This document shows positions 23,648-37,044 of a stretch of 64,000 nucleotides of DNA, one piece after another (position 1 is the stretch's first letter; the number at the start of each line of letters is the position of its first letter). Under the pieces are notes generated by a model. The model saw only the letters and a list, made by a program, of their open reading frames with translations. It did not search any database and was not told the origin of the DNA. The stretch comes from Lama glama (Eukaryota), in NCBI GenBank assembly GCA_028534125.1, contig CM052816.1, forward strand, positions 51,834,001 to 51,898,000, in the 5' to 3' direction. The position numbers and the translations under genes are program-made.

Positions 23648-26000
23648 TCCGACATCCTGCAGGAAATAGGCTTGCCAGCTTTGTCACTAGTTGAGGAAAA
23701 CCTTTATACCAAAAGCGGAGGAGCATTTGGAAATTCCTCTAGTTCCTATTTTTCTTTAATAAGAATGTCTGAAGTGCCACTGGATCATTTGGGTCATAGA
23801 ATTAAGGGTCCAAATTTCCAGGGACAGCACCCACAGAACCACACCCTCCCCTCTGGAAGGCTTTGGGGACTCCAAGAGCAGAATCAGATGCATCGACCTT
23901 TCCACGTGTTGTCCTGCCGGAAACTACTGGTCTTTCACTGATTTGTCCTGGTTTTAGTTCACCTTCCAAAATTGTGTTTTTTCAGCCAAGTAAGTTAACC
24001 TTTACTTTCCTTTTCTTCTGCAAGACCTTGAGGTGGTTGGTGCAACTGACATAGATTAGTTCAAATCCTTAGTTTCTGAACACTGAGAAATAAATGGCAA
24101 GTTATGCATTGTTAGGATCCAAACAACCCATGCTTCTTATCATGCATCAAGATGCATCAACCTCTTATTTGAAACTAAAGAGAAAAACAAGCAACTAGTT
24201 TTTGGTTTTTTTTTTAAGAAAAATAAAGCTTCCGTAAGTCACCTTCCTTGGGTTTAGTGCTACACTGTTGGCTAATATGAGCTACTGAAAATATTTTTGG
24301 AATGTTCTTCAAATATTATAAATATTTTCTCTTATTTACTTGATATTTTACTATATACTTATGTACAGAGATGGCCCTTACCATGCAGGAAAAATATACA
24401 TTCTCCACCTCTATGGTACATTATCAATTCCACTGGGTCTTCTAAGCCAGCAAGTTTAACTTATTAGTCAGCTGTCAGCTCTAACGACATAATTAAAGTG
24501 CAAAGGAAGAGGGAAAACAGCCAAACAGATCAATTTTCTCATTGTCAGCATCAATGCACTTCACGCCTCTAAGAGAGAATGCCGGGTGCAACAGGCTCAG
24601 ATAACAACTCTATATTTTTTTCTTCCTTCTTTTAACGCAAAGGTCTCCCTGAGAAGAGAAGAGGGAGGTAAACGAGATAGCCCTGTTTCTCCAACAACCA
24701 ACAGTCCTGGGAAAAGCAAGGTCACTTTTCCAACCCCGGGTACGAGGACTAACCCATGCATTGGGTTTCCTGACCTAAGAGCTGTTGAGTGTTTGGGCCA
24801 CTTCCCAAACACTTATAATATTTCCACTCAGAAATATCCCCAAATTTAAAAACAACGATGACTGAGGAAGAACTGTCTACCAGTAGCACACAGAAAGGTG
24901 GGTTTTAAAAAGCAAATCCCACTAAACACATTTCTTAAATTAAAAAAAAATACAACCAACGTTCATAGTGAGACTAAAAGTGCTCTGTGTACGTCAGAAT
25001 AGATTCCCACGTTACCAAGAGTGGCAGGGGTGGGGGGAGAAAACTAGCACAGCCAGGCGCAGAGATGACTTTGAGTGCATCTTTTCACTTAGCACTGAGA
25101 CTCACTCTTCCCGCAGCACTTTGTGACCTTCTGTCGTACTCCACATTTTTGTCCACGAGATGCAGGAGCATCTTTTTGCAAAGTCTGCACCCGCCTCTCC
25201 AAGGGCATTGGCTTCTGGGCGCCACAGCCTCAGGAAGAAGCCCCTCACCCGCTCCCCTACCCCGAGATGGCCACTAGTTGGACTCCTCTGGGGCACAGCT
25301 ACTGAGTTTTTAATTACGGAAACGTTACATTACAAATTCACTTGACTTCCAATAAGTCTTTCCTGTCCTGTTGCCTAAAGACTGAAAGAGCAGTTTCAGA
25401 ACATGCCATTCGTCCAACACAAACATTTATAATGCACTGAGAATCATGCACATGCTGTGGACTGAAATTGCTTATGGTGTCGGCCCATCCCTGCCGAGGC
25501 AGCCTCCACTCTTCTGGAAGCTTGAAATAAAGGAAATGTAACAGAAGCAGTTAAATCCTAGAAGACTGGGAGGTGCACCAGGCCGGTAAAGTGCCAGCAA
25601 AACATCACAGGCCTTTTCCCCAGACTCTTGTCCCCGAGTTCTCACAGCATATGGGGCATAGTTTCAAATTCACCTTCTTATCTGCTTCATTAAAGTGGCC
25701 ACCAGCACCTCCCAGCTGATACTCCCTTATGCAAATAAGCCCTCCGCTTTACCAGATATCAATCTCTTCATCTTCCCACCCAAGCCTGCAGCATCTGTCT
25801 TTGACCCCAGCCAACTGGGCTTCCCTGGCTGGAGACAGAATTCCAGTTTTGTTCTGTCATCTTCGGTGGACAAAGGAGACTGGCTTCGTCCCCATCCCCC
25901 CACCCCCCGAACTCCCTGCCCCGTGGGAGGCATGGCCTGCACAATTCTGTCTGCTCTGCTTTCCAAGAAAATTCCACGGACTCGGGGCAAGGCTGGATCG

Positions 26001-26093
26001 TCACGCAGGGAGCCGAGGTTCAATTTTTAGTGACAGCTCATACAGTGTATCTTCGTCTATGATGAGGGCTTTGTCAAGCAAGTACTGAGTGAC
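26001..26093 (-). CDS. RASGRF2: Ras-specific guanine nucleotide-releasing factor 2, terminal coding exon (exon 27)
   Basis: [30 protein letters not shown]; cag| acceptor. Confidence 0.96.
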   Translation of the reverse strand, partial: VTQYLLDKALIIDEDTLYELSLKIEPRLPA

Positions 26094-26724
26094 CTGGAGA
26101 ATAAAGGGAAATGCCCGCTTTTAGTTCTTTTGCAACGCCAGTATGTACATTTTCTGAATGGAACCTGACACAATTCAACATTTTCTCCTAAACATTTGAA
26201 AACTTGATGTACCTAAAAAATTTATGAATGTTTTCTCACTGCAAAAAAAAAAAAAAATCAAACACCTCTCGTCCTCTCTCATCTCTCAAGCCCAGGCACT
26301 TCCCTCAAGAAGCAACACTGTTAGGAGTTGGCTTGCATCATCCCAGATGTTGTTCTGTCTGTCTTTCTAGACATTACCATGCACTGACAGAAATCATTTT
26401 TCCCCTTACAATCGTAAGTGGCATCAAAACGGTACATTTTATTCTGCTTTCATCAAACTAGAAGTCATGGAGAGCGCTTCATGTCAGTACAAAGAGCTCA
26501 AACTGCTGTGCAGTATTAATAGTGTGATATGTCAGAGTTCATTTAATGATCTCATACTGATGAGTGGGTTTAGTCGCTGTCAGTGTTTCATTATGACACA
26601 AGTTACAGTGAAGTCCTTATTAGCATGCTTCCTGGTGCTCATGTGTGACTGTTCCTCTAGGGCAGACACTGGAAATGAAAGGAAAGACACTGAAATGAAC
26701 ATGTTGGAGAATGGGGTATTTCCA

Positions 26725-28280
26725 TGAAAATATTTCTGTATTTTTATTGAGATACAGTGGACTTCAGTAAAATCAGTAGCTTGATTAGTTCTGACAAATG
26801 TAAACACCCATGTAGCTCACATATATAGCATGATAGAGAACATTCCATCGCCCCAGAGAGTTCCCTCATGCAGCTTCCTGATCAGTCTGCTCCCAGAAGC
26901 AATCACTGCCCTGATTTCTAACACCATACGTTCGTTTTGTCTACTTTAGAACCTCACGTACATGGAATCACATGGTATGTACTCTTTTCTGTCTGGCTTC
27001 TTTCACTCGGCGTAATATTTTGAGATTCACCTATGTTGTGGTGTGTTTCAGTGGTTTGTCCTCTTTCATTGCTGAACAGGGGGTCCATTGTGTAGATACA
27101 CCACAATTCGTTTATCCGTTCGTCTATTTATGGACACCTGGGCTATTTCCTATTTTGGGCTGTTAATTAAGAAATGCTGTGAACATTTTATACATGGTTT
27201 TTAATGGGCATGTTTCCACTTCCTCTTTGGATAAATACCTAGGAAAGAAATTCCTGGGTCATAAGGTAGATGCATATTTAACATTTTAAGAAACCTCCAG
27301 ATGACACAGTTTTCCAAAGTGGTTGTACCATGTTACTCTCACTAGCAATGTATGCGAGTTCTGGCTACTTGGAACATCAATTTTTAATTTTAAAAGGTAA
27401 TATAAAATGACCTCTAAAACTTTTGCACCAATAGTACATGAGAGTACCTGTTATCCCACACTCTAACTAATGTTTGCTATTATCAATATTTTAAAAATTT
27501 GTCTGATAGCTGATAATGATATCTCTTTATAATTTGCATCTCTTTTCTTATTAATGAAATTGAGCATGTTTCAAATACGTATTGGATATTTTTGTTCTTC
27601 TGCGAGTTACCTGTTTATAGCTCTACCAACTTTCCTATTGAGTTGTTAATGCTTTTCTTGAAGATCGACAGGAATATTTTTATTCTGTCTCTTTGTTTCA
27701 TATGTTACAAATCTTGTCTCCTATTCTACTGCTTGTATTTTGACTTTTTAAGTAATTGCCCTTTGTCATATAGAAGTTTTAGATTTTGAAGCAGCAAACT
27801 TTATCAAGCTTGTCTTTTACAGCTTTTGCATTCAGTGCTTAAGAAGGTCTCTCAAATCTGAAGGTCATGAATATTTTATCCTACATCTTATTAAAATAAC
27901 TTAGTGTTTCTTTTTACATTTAGGTAATGAAATCATCTGGAATGGAGTTTTGTGAATGGTGTAAGATGGAGAGCCAAAATTTCTATTCCATTTACAGGAT
28001 GGTCGATTTCTTTTTGGCACTTTCTTTAAATGCCTCCTTTAATCCATACTAGATTTTCATATAGACAGAATGTGCACCTGGACTTTATCCTGCTCCACTG
28101 GATTTGTATTCCTGTACCAAAATAGTCCTGTTTTATTCACTATAGTTTTAGGATATGTGTCTGTATCTGGCAGGGAAAGCTCTCCCTTACTTTTCTTATT
28201 TTTCAAAAAGTCCTCATCTTTTCTTTGCCTATCTAAGCATCCTTATGATTTTCATAATAAGTATGTCAAGTTCCATGAAA
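26725..28280 (-). mobile_element. Old L1 3' region (fragmented)
   Basis: gaacattccatcgccccagagagttccctcatg...ttttccaaagtggttgtacca... typical reverse L1M 3' sequence. Confidence 0.75.
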
Positions 28281-28382
28281 TAATAGGGAAAACTGGCTGT
28301 GAGTTATATGGGATTTCTGTCCTACCTTCTAAATTTTTCTGCAAAGCTAAAATGATTCTAAAACATAATGTCTTAAAAAATG

Positions 28383-28445
28383 AAAAGAAAGGAAGGAAAG
28401 AAGGAAGGAAGGAGGGAGGAAAGAAGGAAAGAAACAAACCAACAA
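28383..28445. repeat. (GAAG/GAAA)n purine-rich simple repeat after an L1 tail
   Basis: aaagaaaggaaggaaagaaggaaggaaggagggaggaaagaaggaaagaaac. Confidence 0.85.
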
Positions 28446-28998
28446 AGAGGTAAAAAACCCAGTTGTGGCTGTGATGGAGAGAGGAAGGGGGTATAAGATG
28501 TGAGATGAATCTTGAAGGATGAGTAGGGACCGCATAATGCAAGACTTCTTGGACATATCAAGAATTATTTATTTCCTTATCCTAAGAGCAAAGGGAAGCC
28601 AGTAGAATATTTAATGCAAGGGGCAAACAACTTCCACTGTGCGTTTCTAAGAGTTCTATCTGGCTGTAAATGGTAGAACGGATGTTGCCTTCTAGAGTGA
28701 ATGCAAGTAGACTAGGTAGCAGATATTGGTAGCTTGTACCAGGGGTGGTGGTGATGTAGACAGCTTCACAAGGATAAAGGACATAAAATAGATAGGATTT
28801 GATGATGATAAATGGATATCATCATTTTGCCTTCTTTCTTGTTTTTTTTTCTAGTCAGAGTTACCAAAGGTTTGTCGATTTTATTGGTCTTTTCTTTGAG
28901 TCAGCTTTTTGTGTTATTGATCAACTCTACCACTGTTTCCAATTCATTAATTTCCCCTTTTTTCTTCATTAAATGCTCTCACAACCACACAATATTAC

Positions 28999-29067
28999 CT
29001 TTGGCTGATGGTCTATTCGATAGGAAGTCTGCTGGAACTGGCGTATCTCTCTGATGATGTGTGATAT
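28999..29067 (-). CDS. RASGRF2: RASGRF2 coding exon (exon 26), 69 nt
   Basis: [23 protein letters not shown]; tag|...|gtaata. Confidence 0.96.
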
Positions 29068-29645
29068 CTAACAGAAAAACAACAATGACAAAAGCAAAGT
29101 GAAAGTATTTCCCTGTGTTGCAGTACATTCTACTGGGAGCCCATCCCAGAGCAGTCAGTCACTTCCAGCACTGAGATGTCTCGAGCACCGCCCAATCATG
29201 CTCTCAGCCCAAAGCCTTCTTGCCCTTCAATGAGCCACATGAAAAGCCAGCAGCAAGAAGACGCTGAATTCATCATCAGGGAAACAGCAGGCACCAGGTG
29301 GCCTCAGGTTAGGGAGGGGCAAGCCCTGGGTACTACTGATGGGTTGCTTGCTTCTCCCTTGGTGCTCAGAACCCAGCTGTTCAACAGAAAGCCGTCAGCA
29401 TCTATTAGTGGTCAGTCTTAGAAAGCCATCCTTGGACGTTTATTCCCCACCCTCCTTGTCCAGACTGCAAGCTGAAATGGCCCTGCAAAAATTTACTGAA
29501 TCGGCCAATGTCAGGGATCAGACCCAATGTCCACCACCTCTTCCACCTCAAGATTAAAAAGCAAACAGGGACTTCCATGACGCAGCCTCTTCTTTATAAG
29601 CCACTGAAGTCATTGAAACAGGCTGATTATGAAATTTTCACCTAC

Positions 29646-29763
29646 CATTCTCATCTTGGAGAAATTGACAAGGCCTTCCTCAGTAAAGTTTGGTGTTCCT
29701 TCTTCAATAAATGCCAGGTCTGTCAGGTACATCCCCAGATAAGGAACGGCAGGGGGGTTACAA
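29646..29763 (-). CDS. RASGRF2: RASGRF2 coding exon (exon 25), 118 nt
   Basis: [39 protein letters not shown] (CDC25 signature region); cag|...|gtaggt. Confidence 0.97.
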
Positions 29764-30339
29764 CTGCAAAATCAAGAGGCACTGTTCTTACCTACATTCA
29801 CCCAAATGTCGACTTACCTCCCCAGTTTAAACAGGAAGCAACTGGGCTGCTCCCATCAGGAAGAAGGAAGTCTTTCAGTTCCATTTTCAGAAGCATGTTC
29901 ACAATACGCAGAGTTTAAAATCCGTCTCGCAATAGAATATGATACAAAATTACAGCCCACGCTTGACTATGTGTTTGAGACAATGGCATTTCAAACAACA
30001 GGATGTCTCATAGACAAAAACAAAATGTTTGCTAGCGGCATTCGCTTGCAGTGTTTGTCTGCAGTAGTTGTAAATTGACCACACTTCCCCGAGGGATGAA
30101 AGCATGTAGGAAACCCCTACGCCCTCACCTCATTGAAGTGCAAACATTCAATCTTAAAGAAGTAGGTGGAAAAATCAATGTGATTAGAACTTGTTAAACT
30201 TGTTTTCTGTTTCAGTTAATATTTAAATGTTTTAGAAGGCATAGGCTTAATTAATATCACACCTGTTCACTAAAGTGAGACTTCCTTTGTTTTTTTTGGA
30301 AGGGGGATACACTTGGTCTCAAAGAGTCTAGAGACTGAG

Positions 30340-30550
30340 AACATGGCTTTTTGATCCACGGTGAACTGGGTTTGAGTCCCAGTTTGACCACTTTACTAAA
30401 TGATGCTGGGCAAACTCTGAACCACAGTTTCCTCGTCTGTAACATGGAGACAATAAAACTGATTGCTTTCGTTTGTTATGAGGCTTAAAAGGCACATCAA
30501 GCACTTAGCATGAGGCCTGTCATTTAGCAAATATTCAGTGAACAGTCCTT
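30340..30550 (+). mobile_element. MIR SINE
   Basis: ctgggtttgagtcccag...cagtttcctcgtctgtaacatggag...aagcacttagca. Confidence 0.7.
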
Positions 30551-31141
30551 GTACTACTGTTGTTGTTGTTACTATGAGTCTTTCTTTTACTCAGGGCATC
30601 ATAGGGAAGTATTTTCTAGAGTAAGCCAAGTATGTGCAGTAGATCATAGGAAAACAAGTGGCAGGAGAATAGATTCTATTCTGTCTCTCTCTGTCTCTGT
30701 GTGTGTGTGTGTGTTTCTGTGTGTCTGTCTGTCTGTAGAAAGAGAGAATACTCCAGCAATAAAAGGCCAAAAATAAATGTCAATAATCAATAGGTATTAG
30801 AATATTTAAATTTAAAAAATCACAGGAAATCATTGTGTTTAGATTAGGAAATAGCAAATCAAGCAACTTTTTGTAGTACAAGATGGCTTGATTTACTGTG
30901 GTGACACCTTCTTTTTATTTAGAATGCTCTGAGACCATGAGTATATCCATTAGACACTTACCGTATGCATGACATTCCAAATGAAAAGGAAAATCAGAAA
31001 AATATCTAGATGATGGGAGTGGTTGCCCATCTGTTTTTTCTTTTCAAAGCAAAGCAGGAGGTAGGCAACTACTTGTACACAATAAAATTATATGAATGTA
31101 TTTCTGAATAAGGAATAATTTAATAATTAAGATAGACATAC

Positions 31142-31221
31142 TTTTTAAGGGTTTCTCTGAGATTTTTAAATCTTCCTTCAGATGAAACAGTCTTCTGAAG
31201 CTTGTCCATTAGCGCTTTTGT
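31142..31221 (-). CDS. RASGRF2: RASGRF2 coding exon (exon 24), 80 nt
   Basis: [26 protein letters not shown]; tag|...|gtatgt. Confidence 0.96.
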
Positions 31222-32799
31222 CTAGAAAGAAACAAATAACTTAGAATGTCACAAAAATACTCCTATGGTTTGATAAGGTGGTGAGTTACCAAAAGATGCT
31301 CACTTCTCTTCTACAGTGGCAGGTACTGATACCTCTGTCAGACTATTGTGATGTGATATGATTTTCAAAATACAGAGATGGGGCATTATGTTTAAATTTT
31401 ACGTTTAAAAAGGGAAAGAAGAACATGCGGAGAAGAAAAAGGGGCTACACTATTCATTTAGCCAAAAAGAGAGAAAATGTGTAGAAAGGAAAAACTGTAC
31501 TGCACAGGAAACTCAGGAACTTAAAGAACTGAAAAGCACACGCTGAACAGGGAATCTTAAAGGAGAGGTCTCGTGTCAGGGAGTTTCCATATGGAATCTT
31601 TTTGACTGTTAATTTCCACGTCATCAAAGCACACACTAGGTTGCTTGGCTATGGATGGACCAATACCCTCCAGTCCAAATCCTTTCCTTTGTTAGAAAAG
31701 TGTAACTGATAATGACCAAGAAATAAAATAAAATTGTTGTTGACGTTGGTCTGGAGTTTCTTCCACGTACCTGGGAGAATGGGAGGGTGGCCGTCAGAGA
31801 TGACGACCCCCTGCCGGTAACACCCACAGCCAGGCAGCTTGGCTGGGAGAGGCACCTGGAAGGAAGCTCACGCTGAGGCTCCTCAGCCGACTCTGTCTCA
31901 GTCTGGAGGGGGGCAGCATGGCTTCAGGAGAGCTTTCAGGGTGACTCAAAGGGCCACCTTCCCCCTCCTGGTTCCTGAGGGCTCTAGGAGAAGACAGCCA
32001 GCAGGGCTTGGGCAGAAGCGGAGGGTTGAGGGGAATGGAACGAGGTCAAGTGGTCTTCCTGCCTGGTGCTGGGCTGGCCCTTGGCTTCAGAGAAGCTGAA
32101 GAAATAGTCTGTCCTACAGTCACAGACCAAATGTGGTGGGCTCCAGAGAACATATCCTACCGGGCCTTCTGGATGTCTCCCAGACTGGGCTTGGAGCTGG
32201 AGAGAAGACAGCTACAGAGCAGATGGAATCAACAAAAGTGTCTGAAGTAGGGCATATCTGCAACCAGGACCTACCTCCCGTGACCGGGCTGAGGCACCGG
32301 GCCCTGCAGCATAGTCCAGCACCCGTGCTAGAGCTTCTGTGAGTGACCCACAGACCTGACTGCACTGGCGTATTCTACTGAATGCCTCTACAGGTAATGT
32401 AGTCAAATTTGAAAAAATAACTTCAATATTAGTCTTATCATCTCTATTCCATAGTCAGTTCAGTTATCCCTAAACCTGCATCCTGTCAAAGACGTGAATA
32501 TCGTTTAAGTCAACCACAGGGAAGGACTAACATTTTGTTAAAGAGGATTGAAGTATCCCTTGGTGCCAACCTCAGAGGAAAAAAGAAATGAGAAGAAGAA
32601 AAGAGACGGCAGAGGAGTGACTTACTGACCCTGATGGAGTGTGACATGCATGTGACAGGATAATACGGTCTTTGCATCCAGTGCCCAATGGCTGAGGCCA
32701 CCACTGCCTCACAGGGAGGCAACACCAGCCACAACCAAGGGGTCAGTGTTCAGCTTCTGGATGCTGATATAGCTGCTTGAAGCTCATTTTTAAAATGGA

Positions 32800-34620
32800 A
32801 TTCCAATACCCATTCATTATAAAATCTCTCAAAAAACTAGGAAGAGAGGGTCGCTTCCTCAATTTTATAAAAAGTACTTACAAAAAACCTACAGGTGATA
32901 CCATCCTTAATGGTGAAAACTGAAAGCTTTCCGCCCAAGATCAAGAACAAAGTCAGAATGCCCTTTCCTCACCATCTTATTCAACATAGTATTGGGAAGT
33001 CTAGACAGAACAACAAGGCAAGAAAAGGAAATGAAAGGTATATAAATTAGAAAGAAAGAAAGAAGATTGTTCTTATTTACAAGTGACAAAACTGTCTATG
33101 TAGAAAATCCCAAGGAATCTACAGAAAAATTCTTCTAGGACTAATAAGTGAGCTCAGCTTGGTTGTGGATACAAGACACAAAAAGCAATCACCTTTGTAT
33201 ATACTAACAATGAATGTGTGGAAACCAAAATTAAAACCACAATAACCTTTAAAATATCTCCAAAGAAAAGGAAATATTTAGGCATAAATCTAAGGAAACA
33301 TACAGAACTTTTATGTTGATGATTTCAAAATGCTGATTTAAGAAATAAAGAAAACCTAAAGATATGGTGAGAAATACGGTGTTTCTGGACTGGAAGACTC
33401 AATATAGAAAAGATGTCAATGCTTCCTAAATTGATTGGTTGAATGAAATTCCAACGGAAATCTCAGTAAAGTTCTTTAGACATAGTTTTTATTCTAAAAT
33501 TCATATGGAAAGTCACAGCACCTAGAGTAGCTAAAATAATTTTGAAACAGAAGAATAAAGTGAGAGGAATATAGAAAGAACACTCAATTCTCCAAGGTAA
33601 ATAAAACAAAGAATCCAATTAAAAATGAACTGAATACATGAGCAGACATTTCTCTGAACAGGATGTACAGATGCAAACAAGCACATGAAACAATGTTTAG
33701 CAGCATTAGCCATTAGGAAATGCAAATTAGAACAATGATGAAATATCAAAGTGGGTAAAATAAAAAACAGAGATAACACCAAATGCTGACAAGAATGCAG
33801 AGAACCTGTTCCCTCATACATTGCTTACAGGAATGCAAAGTGGTACAGGCTGTCTGGGTGAGAGTTCGGCAGTTTCTTATAAAACTAAACAGATAGTTAC
33901 CATGCGACCCAGCAATTGCACTCGTAGGCATTTATCCCAGAGAAATGAAAACGTACAGCCACACGAAACCTATACATAAATGTTCAGAGCAGCTTTATTT
34001 ATAATAGCTAACTCTGAAAATAACCCAGCTGTTCTTCAAGGGGTGAATGGTTTAACAAAATGTCATATATTTATAACATGAGTACTACTCAGCAATAGAA
34101 AGGAACTAAGTATTTACACATGTAACAACTTGAATGGCTCTCAAAGGAATTATGCTGAGTTTAAAAAAAGGCAATCTCAAAATACTATATACTGTATGAT
34201 CTCATTAATAGAATGTTCTTGAAATTACAAAATTATAGAGATGGAAAACACATTTGTGGTTGCCAGGACTTAGGAAGGGGGAGGGAGGGAGGTGGCTGTG
34301 ACTATAAAAGTGTGGCAGGAGGGATCCTGGTGACAGAACTGTTCTGTATCTTGACTGGAGTAGTGGTCCCATGAATCTACCCCTGTAATAAAAGTGCATA
34401 AAACAAAACACACACACACACTCACACACAAATGAAAACATGTAAAACAGATGAAGTGTGAATAAGGTCGGTAGACAGTACCAATGGTTAACTTTGTGGT
34501 TGTGGCACTGTCTGTAGTTAATGCAAAATGTTACCATTGGTGTAGGAGATATCTCCTCTTTCTCACAATGGCGTATGAATCTACAATGATCTCGACATTA
34601 AAAGTTTTTTTTAAAAAACA
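32800..34620 (+). mobile_element. L1 fragment (degenerate ORF2 segments plus 3' UTR)
   Basis: ttaatggtgaaaactgaaagctttcc...tatgtagaaaatcccaaggaatctac...gacccagcaattgcactc...; disrupted, with an internal deletion. Confidence 0.85.
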
Positions 34621-36012
34621 ACTTTTATAAAAGCTGTGGCTTTTATTTGCAAGGTCTAGGCTCCATTCACAGAAGAAGAGTTTGCTGGTTCTAAGGGCCA
34701 AATCTGGGATTCTTAGAGCACTCTAGTTTTACTAAGGAATTGGGGGAGGGATAAAAGATACGACTTTGGCTGGGCTTCTTGCTACATAGGGAAGAATTTA
34801 AAAGGCTTGGGGAGAGAAAAGAAGATAGAATACTGTAAGAAGTAGTGCTTTTGAGGGGGGCTTACACCCTCAGAAGGGGCAACAGAAACCAGGTAGTTCT
34901 GAGGAATTGCCCACAGAATACATGCTCTTCTTCCTGCCTGAAACCTTGGAGGTGGGCACCCTGAAGGTGCCCTTCCCCAACTGTGGGTGGTCACACAGTG
35001 GTCTGTGGAAGAAGGATACACAGAGGGGGCCTGGCATAGACCCTCCTGGCCTCTGGCACCCATGGGACATGGAGGAGCCTAGAAAATTCCCCCAACACCC
35101 TGTGAGAGGGCCAAGGTAGTTACCTAGTGATGCAGAATTAGCCCACCCACCAGGGATCACCAAGGGGCAGGGCAGCCTGCCGTCGAGGTAATACACTGAG
35201 AACTGAAGGCGAGGGGAGGGCAGCCAAGCTCCCTGGGTGCAATAACCACATCATGTTCCTGGCAGGGTAGGTCCACCACTTGAACACCAGGCATGGTCAG
35301 CTCACAGCAGTTTGCACCCAATGACCCATCAGCCAAAGCCTACAAGAGGCCAGTGAGTGCACACAGCCTCTGATGATCTGGAGAAGCCCTCCCCAACACC
35401 CACAAACACCTGGGGGAAACCAGGAAGGAAGAGCGGGGAAAACTGTGATGTCACTTGAATCTTGAAATTGTATGAATGAAAACAGTAAGCATGAACACGC
35501 TGAGTCCAGTTAAAAGAAAATTAAGAAAGTCACATTTCTTCACATCCCAAGTCATTAGGCAAAAACTCAGCTACATGAATGACAAAGAAGAAGGTGAATA
35601 TGGAGGCCCTCTGTCCCTGGTTTTTGTCCCTAAGGCATCTGTATCTTTACTTTGAGGAAGAAAGAGTGGATTCTCCAAACATCACCGTGTTCACTTGGAA
35701 TCAATGTGCCCTCTCTAAGTAACTCAGGGAACAGCTCCCGAGTGTTAACCACATTGTTTGAAGTTGCCCCAAATATGTTATAATGAATGTTTTGGTTTGT
35801 ATTTTCTTTTCTAAATTAACCACTTAGAAATGCACATGAGTGGAGTCAATTAAGTGGTAAGAACACAGTCAGCACCCAGGCTGGCACCTTTCTTTGGCAA
35901 CAGAGCTGCTCATTTTGGTTAATTATTTCCTCATTAGTAATATTTATCTTGGCTCAGGTCTCCGGGCCACTCCTCCTCACGGCAGCGGGAGGTGTCGCAC
36001 GCTGACACTCAC

Positions 36013-36210
36013 CTGCTTGGACACCTTGGCCCAGGTTTTCTTCAGCCGGTAGATGGCACTTCTGTTTAAGGCTGAGGTGATCTCCAGCACGCCGTTGTAG
36101 TTGTGCAGGCATCGGCAGATGTCCGCCACCGCCACCCACTTCTCAATCGCGTTGGCTCGGGAGCTGACATCGGCGTAATTCATTATCTGGGAGGCCACCA
36201 GGTTACTCAT
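36013..36210 (-). CDS. RASGRF2: RASGRF2 coding exon (exon 23), 198 nt
   Basis: [66 protein letters not shown]; cag|...|gtgagt. Confidence 0.97.
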
Positions 36211-37044
36211 CTGAGACAATGGAAAAGCGGAGAGAGGCCAGCTAAGAGCCAAAGCGACACATGCAGGCAAAATACCTGAATTACCTAGAGAAACGTCAGG
36301 GAAGCAGGGGTCAAGGCATGTGGGGATCAGAGCCCATTTTAAATAATAACTTCCTGTCAAGACTAAAGTCTATAATAATAACAATAACCAAAACACTCTC
36401 ACAAACACCTGCTCATCCTCAGAGTGAAGAGAGGGGCTGTTTGGAATTAACTTGCTTGGAGAAGAGGTGATTTTGTTCATCAGTAACTTTGATGAAGGAG
36501 TTATTTCCAATAATTATTGACAGAGTGGAACAGAATGAACTAACTCTTAAGGAACAGCAACTTTTGCAGGTCAGGGGTTTCACTTCTTGGGGCCTCTCCC
36601 CATGTTCCTTGGGTCCCACAGTGTGGGAATATTTACTCTAGGAAGGCTTGGTTATCACAGAGAAACCCCCAATCAAATCAAACTCTAACCTATCAATTCT
36701 CAAACCAGAAACAACTGAGTGCAGGAAAAGAGAAAATATTTTCACCTTCTTATTTTGCTGAGGTTTTTTTTTCCACCAGCAGTTAAAAGGACATATACTT
36801 TCCAGGGTAAGTACTGTAATTCTATTTGTTAAAGCCAAGAGAAAAAGAGGCAGCTTGAGAAGGCTGAACACTTAGAATATGGAAAGGAAAAAGATAGAAG
36901 AGAATTGATTACTAACAAAGGGAATATGGAGTCCAGAATCTCACATCCATACACTAAATCTGATGAGGGCACCCATTCTATGATAAGTCCATAGGTATTT
37001 TCAATCTCACAGGGTCTTGGAATTATCATGGTGCATAATCATTA

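Larger units (their letters stand above)
22445..26000 (-). other. RASGRF2: RASGRF2 3' UTR (long, repeat-poor)
   Basis: Follows the TGA at 26001-26003; no obvious interspersed repeats; ends at clustered AATAAA signals; exact 3' end is inferred. Confidence 0.65.

Noticed and set aside
32800..34620. Active L1 retrotransposon
   Set aside because: Truncated, internally deleted and lacking an open ORF2 frame
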